Assembly (NCBI GenBank): GCA_001618615.1 | Contig: LKHB01000226.1 | Location: 15,819 to 66,292, forward strand | From: Candidatus Fermentibacter danicus | GTDB lineage: Bacteria > Fermentibacterota > Fermentibacteria > Fermentibacterales > Fermentibacteraceae | Direction: 5' to 3' | Length of the DNA stretch: 50,474 nt | Part shown: positions 10,098 to 18,601 of the stretch, piece by piece | Layout of the letters: each line of letters opens with the position of its first letter | Numbering within the stretch: position 1 is the first letter of the stretch | Translations under genes and position numbers: made by a program | The notes under the pieces: model-generated | Told to the model about the DNA's origin: nothing | Seen by the model: only the letters and a program-made list of their open reading frames with translations | Databases searched by the model: none

Positions 10098-10129
10098 CGG
10101 TTTCAGGTTTTCCTGCCACCCCCATGCGG

Positions 10130-10286
10130 CCCCGGTGTCCCACTCGGTGATGAAGAGCCTCGGACAGTCGATTCACACCCGGCACCTGCATCGGTGGACT
10201 CCTCCAGTCTGCTGGGGTATAGATTCGTCACGGTGCCTGTTGTGCCCAGTAGGCTTGTCCGAATGCGGGTACTCTCGGCACCGCCG
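10130..10286 (+). ncRNA. Candidate 6S RNA-like rod-shaped ncRNA
   Basis: Nested long-range pairings: CGGTGTC(10133)/GGCACCG(10277), TCGGACA(10160)/TGTCCGA(10256), GGCACC(10181)/GGTGCC(10232), apical CTCCAG/CTGGGG; followed by a terminator-like hairpin. Confidence 0.5.
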
Positions 10287-10287
10287 G

Positions 10288-10317
10288 CGGGGGTCGAAAG
10301 ACCCCCGTCCTCATTTT
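10288..10317 (+). terminator. GAAA-tetraloop hairpin, probable terminator
   Basis: CGGGGGTC-GAAA-GACCCCCG followed by TCCTCATTTT. Confidence 0.55.
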
Positions 10318-10551
10318 AGTGGATCGTCGATTTTTTCCCGGTGGAAATTCGCGGTGCAGTCTGGGCCAGGGGATGGATTGGATAATGGGCCGCCGTGAAA
10401 ACGGCTCCCCTGTTCACGCCTCCAGGGAGATAACTCATTCCTGAACGCCCATCTCCGGCATCGACGGCTTATGTTGGCGTAAACTCAATCAATCCGGGTA
10501 TGTTCTCCAGAGCGGTTTGACGAAACAATTCCACATCAGAGAGGGATAGAC

Positions 10552-12069
10552 ATGAACGTGGCTCATGTGGCTATGCTTCTTGTGATTACCTCTGCAGCCC
10601 TTGCCGGCCGGGATGCGTCTCTTTCCACGGTGCTGACGCCAGACGGAAGAATCCTGGAGGGTGCGTCGGGGAGTTTCGATCCCGAAGGGTTCCGCATGAC
10701 TTACGGTTCCGATGGGGAGCCGCTGTTCGTGGAGGAAGCATCCCTTTCCGGGGAACCTGCTTCTTTTTCAGGGGGGCAGTACGATGCAGGCACCTGGTAC
10801 ACTCTCGGAGGCGGTGTAAACGACCGGGTCACTTCCCTCGCCGTGAGCGGCTCGGATGTGTATGTGGGAGGATGGTTTACCGAGGCTGGAGGCAGCCCTG
10901 CCGGCTACATCGCCCGGTGGGACGGCAGTTCCTGGCATGCTCTCGGAAGCGGGGTGAGCGATTGGGTCCACGCCATCGCCGTGAGCGGCTCGGATGTGTA
11001 TGTGGGAGGGCAGTTTATCCAGGCTGGAGGCAACCCTGCCAACAGTATCGCCCGGTGGGACGGCAGCTCATGGCATGCTCTCGGAAGCGGGGTGAACAAT
11101 TGTGTCAAAGCCATCGCCGTGAGCGGCTCGGATGTGTATGTGGGAGGATGGTTTACCGAGGCTGGAGGCAGCCCTGCCGGCTACATCGCCCGGTGGGACG
11201 GCAGCTCATGGCATGCTCTCGGAAGCGGGGTGAACGACGGAGTCTATGCCATTGCCGTGAGCGGCTCGGATGTGTATGTGGGAGGATGGTTTACCCAGGC
11301 CGGAGGCAGCCCGGCCAACCGCATCGCCCGGTGGGACGGCAGCTCATGGCATGCTCTCGGAAGTGGCGTGGACAATGATGTCCTTGTCATTGCCGTGAGC
11401 GGCCCGGATGTGTACGTTGGGGGGAAGTTTATCCAAGCCGGAGGCGGCCCGGCCAGCCGCATCGCCCGGTGGGACGATGACTCTGATACCTGGTGTGCAT
11501 TGGGAACAGGTGTGAACGAGTGGGTAGAAGCCATTGCCGTGAGCGGCATGGATCTGTATGTGGGAGGATGGTTTACCCAGGCCGGAGGCAGCCCGGCCAA
11601 CCGCATCGCCCGGTGGGACGGCAGTTCCTGGCATGCTCTCGGAACCGGGGTGAACGACATTGTTGAAGCCGTTGCCGTGAGCGGTTCGGATGTGTATGCG
11701 GGGGGATGGTTCACCGAGGCCGGAGGCAGCCCCGCCGGCTACATCGCCAGGTGGCGGGATCCAGAAGTGGGGATCGATGACACCCCGGAAGTCATAACGG
11801 GCACCCTTCATGCCTCTCCCAACCCCACGGCTTCCGGCGTCGAGCTTTCCTTCCGAAGCACAGGGCTCTCCCCGCTTACGCTCGATATCTACGACGCCGC
11901 CGGGCGGCTTGTGAGAACGCAGGATCTGGGAACCCTGCCCGCCGGCTCACAGGCCCACTACTGGAATGGCCTGGACGGGAACGGGCAGGCGCTGGCCCAG
12001 GGTGTGTACTTCGTGAGGCTCTCCAGCGATGAAATCGAGGCTTCCACCCGGGTGGTGCTGCTGAGGTAG
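10552..12069 (+). CDS. Secreted 7-repeat beta-propeller protein with C-terminal FlgD-Ig/T9SS-CTD-like domain
   Basis: Signal peptide, RBS GAGGGA, 7 repeats of about 46 aa (WHALGSGVxxxVxAIAVSGSDVYVGGxFxxAGGSPAxxIARWDGSS), C-terminus PNP...IYDAAGRLV...WNG...GVYFVRL. Confidence 0.85.
   Translation: MNVAHVAMLLVITSAALAGRDASLSTVLTPDGRILEGASGSFDPEGFRMTYGSDGEPLFVEEASLSGEPASFSGGQYDAGTWYTLGGGVNDRVTSLAVSGSDVYVGGWFTEAGGSPAGYIARWDGSSWHALGSGVSDWVHAIAVSGSDVYVGGQFIQAGGNPANSIARWDGSSWHALGSGVNNCVKAIAVSGSDVYVGGWFTEAGGSPAGYIARWDGSSWHALGSGVNDGVYAIAVSGSDVYVGGWFTQAGGSPANRIARWDGSSWHALGSGVDNDVLVIAVSGPDVYVGGKFIQAGGGPASRIARWDDDSDTWCALGTGVNEWVEAIAVSGMDLYVGGWFTQAGGSPANRIARWDGSSWHALGTGVNDIVEAVAVSGSDVYAGGWFTEAGGSPAGYIARWRDPEVGIDDTPEVITGTLHASPNPTASGVELSFRSTGLSPLTLDIYDAAGRLVRTQDLGTLPAGSQAHYWNGLDGNGQALAQGVYFVRLSSDEIEASTRVVLLR
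10795..11754 (+). repeat. Intragenic tandem repeat, 7 units of about 138 bp
   Basis: Near-identical units; e.g. 10838-10928 equals 11114-11204; unit 5 has a 6-bp insertion. Confidence 0.95.
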
Positions 12070-12088
12070 GCAGGCGGCAATAGACTGT

Positions 12089-12118
12089 GGCGGGCCGCTA
12101 TTCTTCAGCGGCCCGTTT
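12089..12118 (+). terminator. Rho-independent terminator candidate
   Basis: CGGGCCGCT-ATTCTTC-AGCGGCCCG followed by TTT, 20 nt after the propeller gene stop. Confidence 0.6.
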
Positions 12119-12486
12119 CCATGGCGGCCTTCGGTGCAGACGACCGCCGGATCTCACTCGCTGCCCGCCTTGTCCCGGTCATCTCCCGGAGCAGTTATCT
12201 CATATGAGCCGCTCTGCCGGCACATTGAGCGGGGCAAGCCATTGAATCACCCTGTCCGGGCTGATGTCATGCCGGGCGGCGAGTTCCCGCCCCCCGATCC
12301 GGTCATCTCAGCCGGGAACTCCATCGCGAAGATGACCTAGTTGAACTCGTCATCCGGCGTGATACTGTAAATTCTCATTGTGTTTTCCTTATACTAGTTT
12401 CACGATTTCCATACCGACAACGCCCATCTTGCTCGAAGGCGAACACTCCCGCCCTTGGAGACCACCCTGAAACCCCAACAGCCCGG

Positions 12487-12543
12487 ACTCAACGCCTCCA
12501 GCCCGTGCGAGCGAAGCGTTTCGGCTGCATGCCGCGGCCGGGC
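12487..12543 (-). mobile_element. Degenerate integron attC-like site (downstream of the methyltransferase)
   Basis: Minus strand, 5 nt after the stop: GCCCGGC (decayed RYYYAAC)-CGCGG-CATGCAGC-CGAAACGCTTCGCTCGCACGG-GCTG...GTTGAGT (intact GTTRRRY). Confidence 0.55.
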
Positions 12544-12548
12544 CGGCA

Positions 12549-13313
12549 TTACGAGTCGAGCCTGCCGCAATACATGGTCGTCGTATAGTCGAAAGCCACC
12601 GCCCCATCGACCTGATGATTCTGAAAAAGCCGCTCCAGTTCCGCCAGCATGGGCAGATAAGCGGGATGCCCCGGCTCCGGCGCGTATGAAGCCGACAACA
12701 CGCGCCCCACCAGACCGTCATGATCGAGTGTCTGCCGGTGATGAAACTCCCTGGTCCAAAAACCGCTCTCACCATAAAAGCCGTCGAGCCGCCGGGCCTG
12801 AACGCGCCGACGGCCGACCTGCTCGTAATCGACGGCATGGCGCCGGAGAACACGCTCGTAATCCATGAGAAAAGGCGTCCGTCGAGTGTCCCGTTCATTC
12901 CAGACAAGCATCACCCAGCCAGACGGTCGCAGAATCCGCAGAAACTCGGCCCGGGCCCGATCCTGATCGAACCAGTGGAACGCCTGTCCCGCGACTATGA
13001 AATCCACACTCCCCGCAGCCAGAGTCGTCGCCTCGGCCCGGCCGGCCACGCTCCTGAAACCCGCCCGGCAGTGCAGAAGGCGTTCGCCCGCCAGGCGCAT
13101 TTCACTATTTGGCTCGACGCCATGGACCGTGTTGCCGTTGAGCAGAAACAATTCCGACAGAATCCCCGTTCCGGACCCGATGTCCGCCACGATCGAAGCC
13201 GGCGTCAGGCCGCACTTTTCCCGCATGGACTCCACGACACCCGCCGGATATCCCGGCCGGTATCTGGCGTAGTTTTCGACCCGGTTCGTGAAACGCAGCG
13301 CAGGATCGATCAT
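12549..13313 (-). CDS. Class I SAM-dependent methyltransferase
   Basis: RFTNRVENYARYRPGYP, VADIGSGTG, GVEPN, AGQAFHWFD, RILRPSG; homology appears to begin at ATG 13313; an alternative upstream start at 13448 has a GGAGG RBS. Confidence 0.88.
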   Translation of the reverse strand: MIDPALRFTNRVENYARYRPGYPAGVVESMREKCGLTPASIVADIGSGTGILSELFLLNGNTVHGVEPNSEMRLAGERLLHCRAGFRSVAGRAEATTLAAGSVDFIVAGQAFHWFDQDRARAEFLRILRPSGWVMLVWNERDTRRTPFLMDYERVLRRHAVDYEQVGRRRVQARRLDGFYGESGFWTREFHHRQTLDHDGLVGRVLSASYAPEPGHPAYLPMLAELERLFQNHQVDGAVAFDYTTTMYCGRLDS

Positions 13314-13341
13314 CGGCACGACTCGATCCTGCGTTTCATCG

Positions 13342-13401
13342 GCCCTGTGATCGAGTCGAGCCGCGCCGCTGAACGGCGTCGGCCCGGATGGATCGTGAAG
13401 C
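13342..13401 (-). mobile_element. Degenerate 60-bp aadA-type attC-like site (upstream of the methyltransferase)
   Basis: GCTTCAC-GATCC-ATCCGGGC-CGACGCCGTTCAGCGGCGCG-GCTCGAC-TCGATC-ACAGGGC has the 7-5-8-20-7-6-7 layout of the aadA 59-base element; the R' GTT is lost. Confidence 0.6.
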
Positions 13402-13465
13402 GGCCCCGGTTCCGTGGACTGATCATTCGATCTCGTGCGGGAAGTCATTCTCCTCCAGCGGGCCG

Positions 13466-14722
13466 TCAGAGCATGCGCCCGAGGCTTTCGGCCAGGTATT
13501 CATACTGGGAGATGTCGTTGTACAACTGGGCCGAGATCCTCAGGAGCCTGAGCCTCTCCCGCCTGATGTAAGATACGGGGACCTCCGTCCGAAACTCCTC
13601 GAGCAGCCTGCGCTGGAGCGGGTCCATCCAGACCCAGTCCGGCATGGGAGGGTCAGGGGGATCGATCCAGGGCAATTCGAAGGATGCCATCGACCCGACC
13701 ATCGAGTCGGGGCATGGCGGTTCCACGCCGAGCGAATCGCAGATCAGCCTCCTGGCCTCGAGTGCCAGGGCGCGGTTGGCCTGCATCACCGCCGGAAGCC
13801 CCCCGGGAAGCAGCGAGGCCAGGTACTCCCCCGCCCGCGGGACGGACAGCGCCGCTGTCGGATCCGGTGTCCCGATCCACTGGAACTCGATCCGAAAGGG
13901 AGTCTGACCGCTGTCGAAATCGCACGGCAGATGGCTCGTGGCGAGGGGGTGTATCCTCTCCTGCATGTCGGGGCGGACATACAGCATGGCGCAGACCTTC
14001 GGCGAACACAGCCACTTATGGAAGTTGCCGGTGTAGAAGGCCGCACCCAGGGTGCCCATGTCTAGGGGCACCATGCCTGGACCGTGCGCACCGTCGACGA
14101 GGGTTTCTATGCCCCTCCCCCGCAGCTCCGCAACCAGGGGAGCCGGATCGCACACGAAGGCGGTCGCGCTCGTGATATGATCCACCACGACGAGCCTCGT
14201 TGCCGGAGTGACACGGGAGAGGAACGCGTCGTGGATGTCCCCGGGGCCGGAGACCGGGAACGGCATGGGAACCACGGTGCACACGGCGCCCGCCCTTTCG
14301 CAGTGGATCCTGCAGGCATTCAGCGTGGCGAAGTATTCGTGACTCCCGACCAGCACCTCGTCACCGGGGCGCAGGCCGAAGGATCCGAGGACCGTATTGA
14401 CACCGTGGGTCGCGTTGGGGACGAAAACGATCGATCCCGGCTCCGCCCGGACGAGCTTCTCGGCGTAGTCCAGAGCGGCCTGGAGCATCTCCGGCAGCCT
14501 CCTGACCAGGAACTCCATGGGTGCGGCCTCGAGTTCGCGGGTCAGTGCGGCCCTGTATTCAAGCACATCTACAGGGCATGCCCCGAAGGATCCGTGGTTC
14601 AGGTAGAGGACCCCGGGGTCGAGCGCCCACATGTCCCGGAAGCCGCCGGCTCTCATCGAGGGGGACGCCGGTTCGACGCGACCGGGAGTAGAGCCCGGTG
14701 AGAGTCGTCGTTCAGAGAACAT
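13466..14722 (-). CDS. Class V PLP-dependent enzyme (isopenicillin N epimerase / L-cysteine desulfhydrase-like)
   Basis: YLNHGSFGACP, FVPNATHG, VDGAHGPG, PLP lysine in GNFHKW, LRISAQLYN; start uncertain. Confidence 0.85.
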   Translation of the reverse strand: MFSERRLSPGSTPGRVEPASPSMRAGGFRDMWALDPGVLYLNHGSFGACPVDVLEYRAALTRELEAAPMEFLVRRLPEMLQAALDYAEKLVRAEPGSIVFVPNATHGVNTVLGSFGLRPGDEVLVGSHEYFATLNACRIHCERAGAVCTVVPMPFPVSGPGDIHDAFLSRVTPATRLVVVDHITSATAFVCDPAPLVAELRGRGIETLVDGAHGPGMVPLDMGTLGAAFYTGNFHKWLCSPKVCAMLYVRPDMQERIHPLATSHLPCDFDSGQTPFRIEFQWIGTPDPTAALSVPRAGEYLASLLPGGLPAVMQANRALALEARRLICDSLGVEPPCPDSMVGSMASFELPWIDPPDPPMPDWVWMDPLQRRLLEEFRTEVPVSYIRRERLRLLRISAQLYNDISQYEYLAESLGRML

Positions 14723-14830
14723 GTCATCTGACGGCTCCGCAGAGATCCGCGCCGTCGGCCGTGTACCTCCGAGGCATCCTCGTCCCGTCCGGGAAGACCG
14801 GACTCGTGAGAAGGAAGGCGGGAGCCGAGA

Positions 14831-15292
14831 TCATGGGTTGCCCAGGTACTTCGCGGTGAAGCCCCCTGTCGCAAGTACCGCTCCGTCCATGGCACGGCGG
14901 AGGGTTTCCGCATCCGAACCGGAGGGAATGTCCAATCTCCTGTCCAACGCGAAGACCGTGAAAGTGAGCACCTCGACTTCACCGGTGTTCTCCGGGCCCG
15001 TCCAGCCAGGCACTCCGAAGCTGTTCACGCCCTGGCCGGCTCCGTTCTCAAGGTCGGGTTCGACCGGAAGCCCGCCGTATATGCCGGGCGGTTCCGGAGG
15101 CAGGTTGTAGATGATCCAGTGCGTCAGCCTGCCGCCCGGGGCCTCACCCTCGCAGACTACCGCCACCGCGACGGTTCCCCTGGGTGCGTTGGCCCACCCG
15201 ATCGGGGGGGAAGAGTTGTTGGATGTTCTCGAGTACCAGCAGGGCAGGAAGCCCCCCGCGTCAACCGCGCTGCTCGTCACCTTGAACGCCAT
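14831..15292 (-). CDS. YbhB/YbcL (PEBP, Raf kinase inhibitor-like) family protein
   Basis: NSSPPIGW, THWIIYNLP, QGVNSFG..GWTGP, FTVFALD; ATG at 15292 with GGAGG RBS. Confidence 0.85.
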   Translation of the reverse strand: MAFKVTSSAVDAGGFLPCWYSRTSNNSSPPIGWANAPRGTVAVAVVCEGEAPGGRLTHWIIYNLPPEPPGIYGGLPVEPDLENGAGQGVNSFGVPGWTGPENTGEVEVLTFTVFALDRRLDIPSGSDAETLRRAMDGAVLATGGFTAKYLGNP

Positions 15293-15406
15293 CGCTCCAC
15301 CTCCCTGTCCTCGCGCCGCCCCGGAGTCCGGCGACCGTTCGTTCCCGGCAGCAATATGCACTGGTGCCGTCCTGCTCCGACAGCGACGGGACAGCGTTCC
15401 GAACCG

Positions 15407-16603
15407 TCACTTGCCCTGCAGGATGAGCCCCTTCAGGTATCCAGCCTGCGGATACGAGAGGAGTACGGGATGGTCGGGCGCCTGGGCCAGACGGCCGACG
15501 ATCCTCATGTTGCGGCCGCTGTCTGCGGAGGCCGAGAAGACGACCTTCTGGAAGAGTTCCTCGCCCATCAGCCCCGAACAGGAGAAGGTGAAGAGAAGCC
15601 CGCCCGGTTCCAGCAGACTCATCGCCAGCATGTTGATGTCCTTGTAGGCGCGGGCTCCGCGCTGCAGCGCGTCCCTGTTGGCTACGTAACGGGGCGGATC
15701 GAGTATCACGGCGTCGAAACGGACTCCCTCGTCCCTCATTCTCCGGAGGCAGGAAGGCACGTCGGCATTGACCAGGGTGAACGCTTCACCCGAGAAGCCG
15801 TTGAGTTCCATGTTCCTGGCCGCGGTTTCGAGAGCCGGGCGGGAGGAGTCCACGCTTGTCACCGAGACGGCCCCGCCCATGGCTGCCGAGACGCTGAAAC
15901 CGCCGGTATAGCAGAAGCAGTTGAGCACCTTCCGCCCGCGCATGAACGCGCGGCTTCCGATCCGGTTCTTCGCCTGATCCAGATAGAAGCCGGTCTTGTG
16001 ACCGTTCCGCACGTCCACCAGTAGCCTGGCCCCCGCCTCGTCGATCTCGATCTCCACCGGTGGCTCCTCGCCTGCGAGCGGACCGTGCGTGCGGCCCATG
16101 CCCTCCTTGCCCCGGGCATCGGTGTCGCTTCTCTCCCATGCGCCCTTCGCGCCGGTCAGCTTCATGGCTTCAGCGACGACGAGATCCTTGAGCCTGTCCA
16201 TCCCCAGGACCAGGAACTGGAACACCAGGAATCCCGCGTACCGGTCCACGACGAGGCCCGGGAGAAGATCGGAGTCCGAATGGACCATGCGGAATGCACC
16301 GTCCGGACCGGGATCGGCTCCGATGGAGCGCCTCAGTTCGAGGGCTCTCGCCAGCCTTCCCGCCCAGAGGGCATCACAGGGGGTTTCCGCCCTGTCCCAG
16401 GAGAAGAGATGCACCGCGATCTCGGAAGCCGGGTTGTAGAACCCCCTGCCGAGCCATTCGCCCTCCTGCCCCACCACGTCCACGACGTCGCCTGGAGCGG
16501 CCCCGGCCTCGACCTCCTGGATCGCCCCGGAGTAGATCCAGGGGTGCCTGTTCCTCACGCTCTTCTCCCGGTCACGCTTTATCCTGCAGGCTGCAAAGTT
16601 CAT
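15407..16603 (-). CDS. rlmI: RlmI-like 23S rRNA m5C methyltransferase
   Basis: HPWIYSGAI, DLLPGLVVDRY, GHKTGFYLDQ, VLNCFCYTGGF, ILDPP, TFSCS, YLKG; ATG at 16603 overlaps the upstream stop. Confidence 0.88.
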   Translation of the reverse strand: MNFAACRIKRDREKSVRNRHPWIYSGAIQEVEAGAAPGDVVDVVGQEGEWLGRGFYNPASEIAVHLFSWDRAETPCDALWAGRLARALELRRSIGADPGPDGAFRMVHSDSDLLPGLVVDRYAGFLVFQFLVLGMDRLKDLVVAEAMKLTGAKGAWERSDTDARGKEGMGRTHGPLAGEEPPVEIEIDEAGARLLVDVRNGHKTGFYLDQAKNRIGSRAFMRGRKVLNCFCYTGGFSVSAAMGGAVSVTSVDSSRPALETAARNMELNGFSGEAFTLVNADVPSCLRRMRDEGVRFDAVILDPPRYVANRDALQRGARAYKDINMLAMSLLEPGGLLFTFSCSGLMGEELFQKVVFSASADSGRNMRIVGRLAQAPDHPVLLSYPQAGYLKGLILQGK

Positions 16604-17601
16604 GGGGCTGATCGCCTTTCCGGGCCGTGAGGCTTTCCTCCTCCGGCGAGACAGTCGGCCAGGGGTTCGGGCCCCTGGAGAACGCTTCGCTTCATTCTCA
16701 GATTGTCGCCGTCCGAGCCGGCCCCCTCCGCACCGAGTGTGGTGACCCCCCATTTGACGAGCGAGAGGGTGTCGTCACACAGCTCGATGCAGGTGATGCA
16801 GCCCGGGTGGACACAGCTCCCGCAGTTGAAATAGGGAGTGTCCCCGGGCCTCGGGAAGCTCGGCTGATGCGTGTGCCCGGCTATCAGCGCGACTCCCGAG
16901 AGGCGGGTCCATCTCTTCAGGCGACCCTCGACCAGGTCTTTCAGCGCGTAGTTGCCGGCGGGAGTGTTCCTGACCCGCAATCCCGCCTTCTGCAGCCACT
17001 TCCAGACATTGTGAACCATGATGCGACTCAGCCACGAGGCCGAATCGCTCCAGAAGTCGCCCTGGTGCCCGTGGATGACCAGTATGTCCGCCAGGGGCGA
17101 TCCGCGTCTCAACACGATACCCTCCCTGGCCTCCAGCGTGGACAGGATTGGGATGGGCGGCGCCTCACCACCCTTCACTATGCGCTCCAGCTCGGAGTCC
17201 GCCATGCCTTCAAGGAGAGGATGCGGCCTTCCGTCGAACTTGCGCCACAGAGCCGGCACGAACTTCTTACGGAAGGCGCCGGCGGAACGCCATTCGTCGT
17301 CGTGGTTGCCCCACAGCTTGATAAACCTGCCGGCAGCATGGAACGAGCCGAGCCTGGTGTAGACGTTGCTGTAGGCCCAGTGGATCTCTTCGAACCTGTT
17401 CTCCCAGAGCTCCTCTCCATCGCCGGCCTCGACCAGGGTGAAGCCCCGCTCCAGATAGTACTGCACCGCATGAAGATAGATGACTACATTCCGGGAAAAG
17501 TCATCCGACCATCCACCCGAACCCCTGTGACAGTCCGAGAGGAAAACGAAGCGACTCAGTTCATCTATCCGTATAGGATTCGCCCTCGCGGTCTCCAGCA
17601 C
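16600..17601 (-). CDS. Metallophosphoesterase family protein
   Basis: SDCH, GDGEE, GNHD, HGH and GHTH calcineurin-like motifs. Confidence 0.85.
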   Translation of the reverse strand: MLETARANPIRIDELSRFVFLSDCHRGSGGWSDDFSRNVVIYLHAVQYYLERGFTLVEAGDGEELWENRFEEIHWAYSNVYTRLGSFHAAGRFIKLWGNHDDEWRSAGAFRKKFVPALWRKFDGRPHPLLEGMADSELERIVKGGEAPPIPILSTLEAREGIVLRRGSPLADILVIHGHQGDFWSDSASWLSRIMVHNVWKWLQKAGLRVRNTPAGNYALKDLVEGRLKRWTRLSGVALIAGHTHQPSFPRPGDTPYFNCGSCVHPGCITCIELCDDTLSLVKWGVTTLGAEGAGSDGDNLRMKRSVLQGPEPLADCLAGGGKPHGPERRSAP

Positions 17602-17659
17602 ACGGCCCGGACCGCCGTGGACGCCGCCTGGGGCTTCCGGGCGAAGCCTGAGGGCGATG

Positions 17660-18601
17660 TCAGCTCTCGAGGAGGAAGTACCGCAGCCCGAGCCCCGAGA
17701 AACCGCGGCTCTCGACTGACGGGAGCACCTCCTTCATGACCCGGAATGCATCCCCGAGAAGCGTGGACTCGGAGAACATCGCGGTGACCTCCACCGGCCG
17801 GCCCTCGATGTCCCTGTTGGAGAGCCTGCGCTCGACCTGTGCGAGCACGCTGTCCAGCTTGGCCTGGTTGTACACGCCGCCCGGCAGCGCCGACGTGATC
17901 TCGATGGAGAACTCCTCTACCCTTCCGACCAGCCACTGGTCGGTGAAGAGGATCTTCAGCGTGACGGGCCTGGTCGGGGAGGAGTCGGGAGTCACGGACT
18001 GCACGATCAGCGGGAGCGACTCGAATCCGGTCATGGATTCGTCGGTCCAGACGCAGAGTGTGTTCAGATCCAAGTTTGCCTGGGCGCCCTCGCGGTTCTT
18101 CTGATCCATGTAGATGATCAGAGGCTTGATCGGCACGGTCGAAGGGGCGATGAACGCCACCGTGCTGCCCTCGGGGATCAGGCTCAGGTTCAGGTTCGTA
18201 TGAGGCTCGGCGCTGGTGGCCTCGCTGTTCAGTTGATACACGATATCGCTGCCGACCCGGATGGGGAGGGAGTCCACAGGGATCGCGGGCTCCTCCGACA
18301 GGGCCGGATCGACTTCCGTTCCGGCGCTGCGGTACTCTGCTCTGTCAAAGGAGGTCAGGAGGACGACGCAGACGATGAGACCCAGGATGCCGATCCAGAC
18401 CCCCAGCAGTCCGCTCCTCTTCCGGCGGACGAGGACGAGATGATCCGGACCGTCGATGGCGAGCGGCATGTCGATGCGCTTGCCGAGGGAGGCCCTCTGC
18501 TCCGCGAGCGGCCTGCTCTGATACTCCAGGTCGAAACCGCAGTTGTTGCAGGCGCTCTTGCCCCTGTTACCGTTGTCGTGTCCGCAGATTCGACAGAACA
18601 T
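17660..18601 (-). CDS. Hypothetical membrane-anchored protein with N-terminal zinc ribbon
   Basis: CRICG...CNNCG, one TM helix, then a soluble domain; coupled to the upstream gene. Confidence 0.7.
   Translation of the reverse strand: MFCRICGHDNGNRGKSACNNCGFDLEYQSRPLAEQRASLGKRIDMPLAIDGPDHLVLVRRKRSGLLGVWIGILGLIVCVVLLTSFDRAEYRSAGTEVDPALSEEPAIPVDSLPIRVGSDIVYQLNSEATSAEPHTNLNLSLIPEGSTVAFIAPSTVPIKPLIIYMDQKNREGAQANLDLNTLCVWTDESMTGFESLPLIVQSVTPDSSPTRPVTLKILFTDQWLVGRVEEFSIEITSALPGGVYNQAKLDSVLAQVERRLSNRDIEGRPVEVTAMFSESTLLGDAFRVMKEVLPSVESRGFSGLGLRYFLLES

Noticed and set aside
10130-10290. tRNA-Sec, SRP RNA or tmRNA
   Set aside because: No UCA anticodon arm or T-loop, no SRP domain IV GGAA/AGCAG motif, and no tRNA-like ends or tag ORF.
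10795-11754. DGR target or CRISPR array explaining the repeats
   Set aside because: The repeats are in-frame coding units without unique spacers, there is no reverse transcriptase, template repeat or cas gene in the window, and variation is not evidently adenine-specific.
14671-14690. GTTCGACGCGACCGGGAGTA resembling the tRNA-Arg 3' end (possible attR)
   Set aside because: It needs gaps and mismatches, is short and GC-rich, and has no integrase nearby; likely chance.
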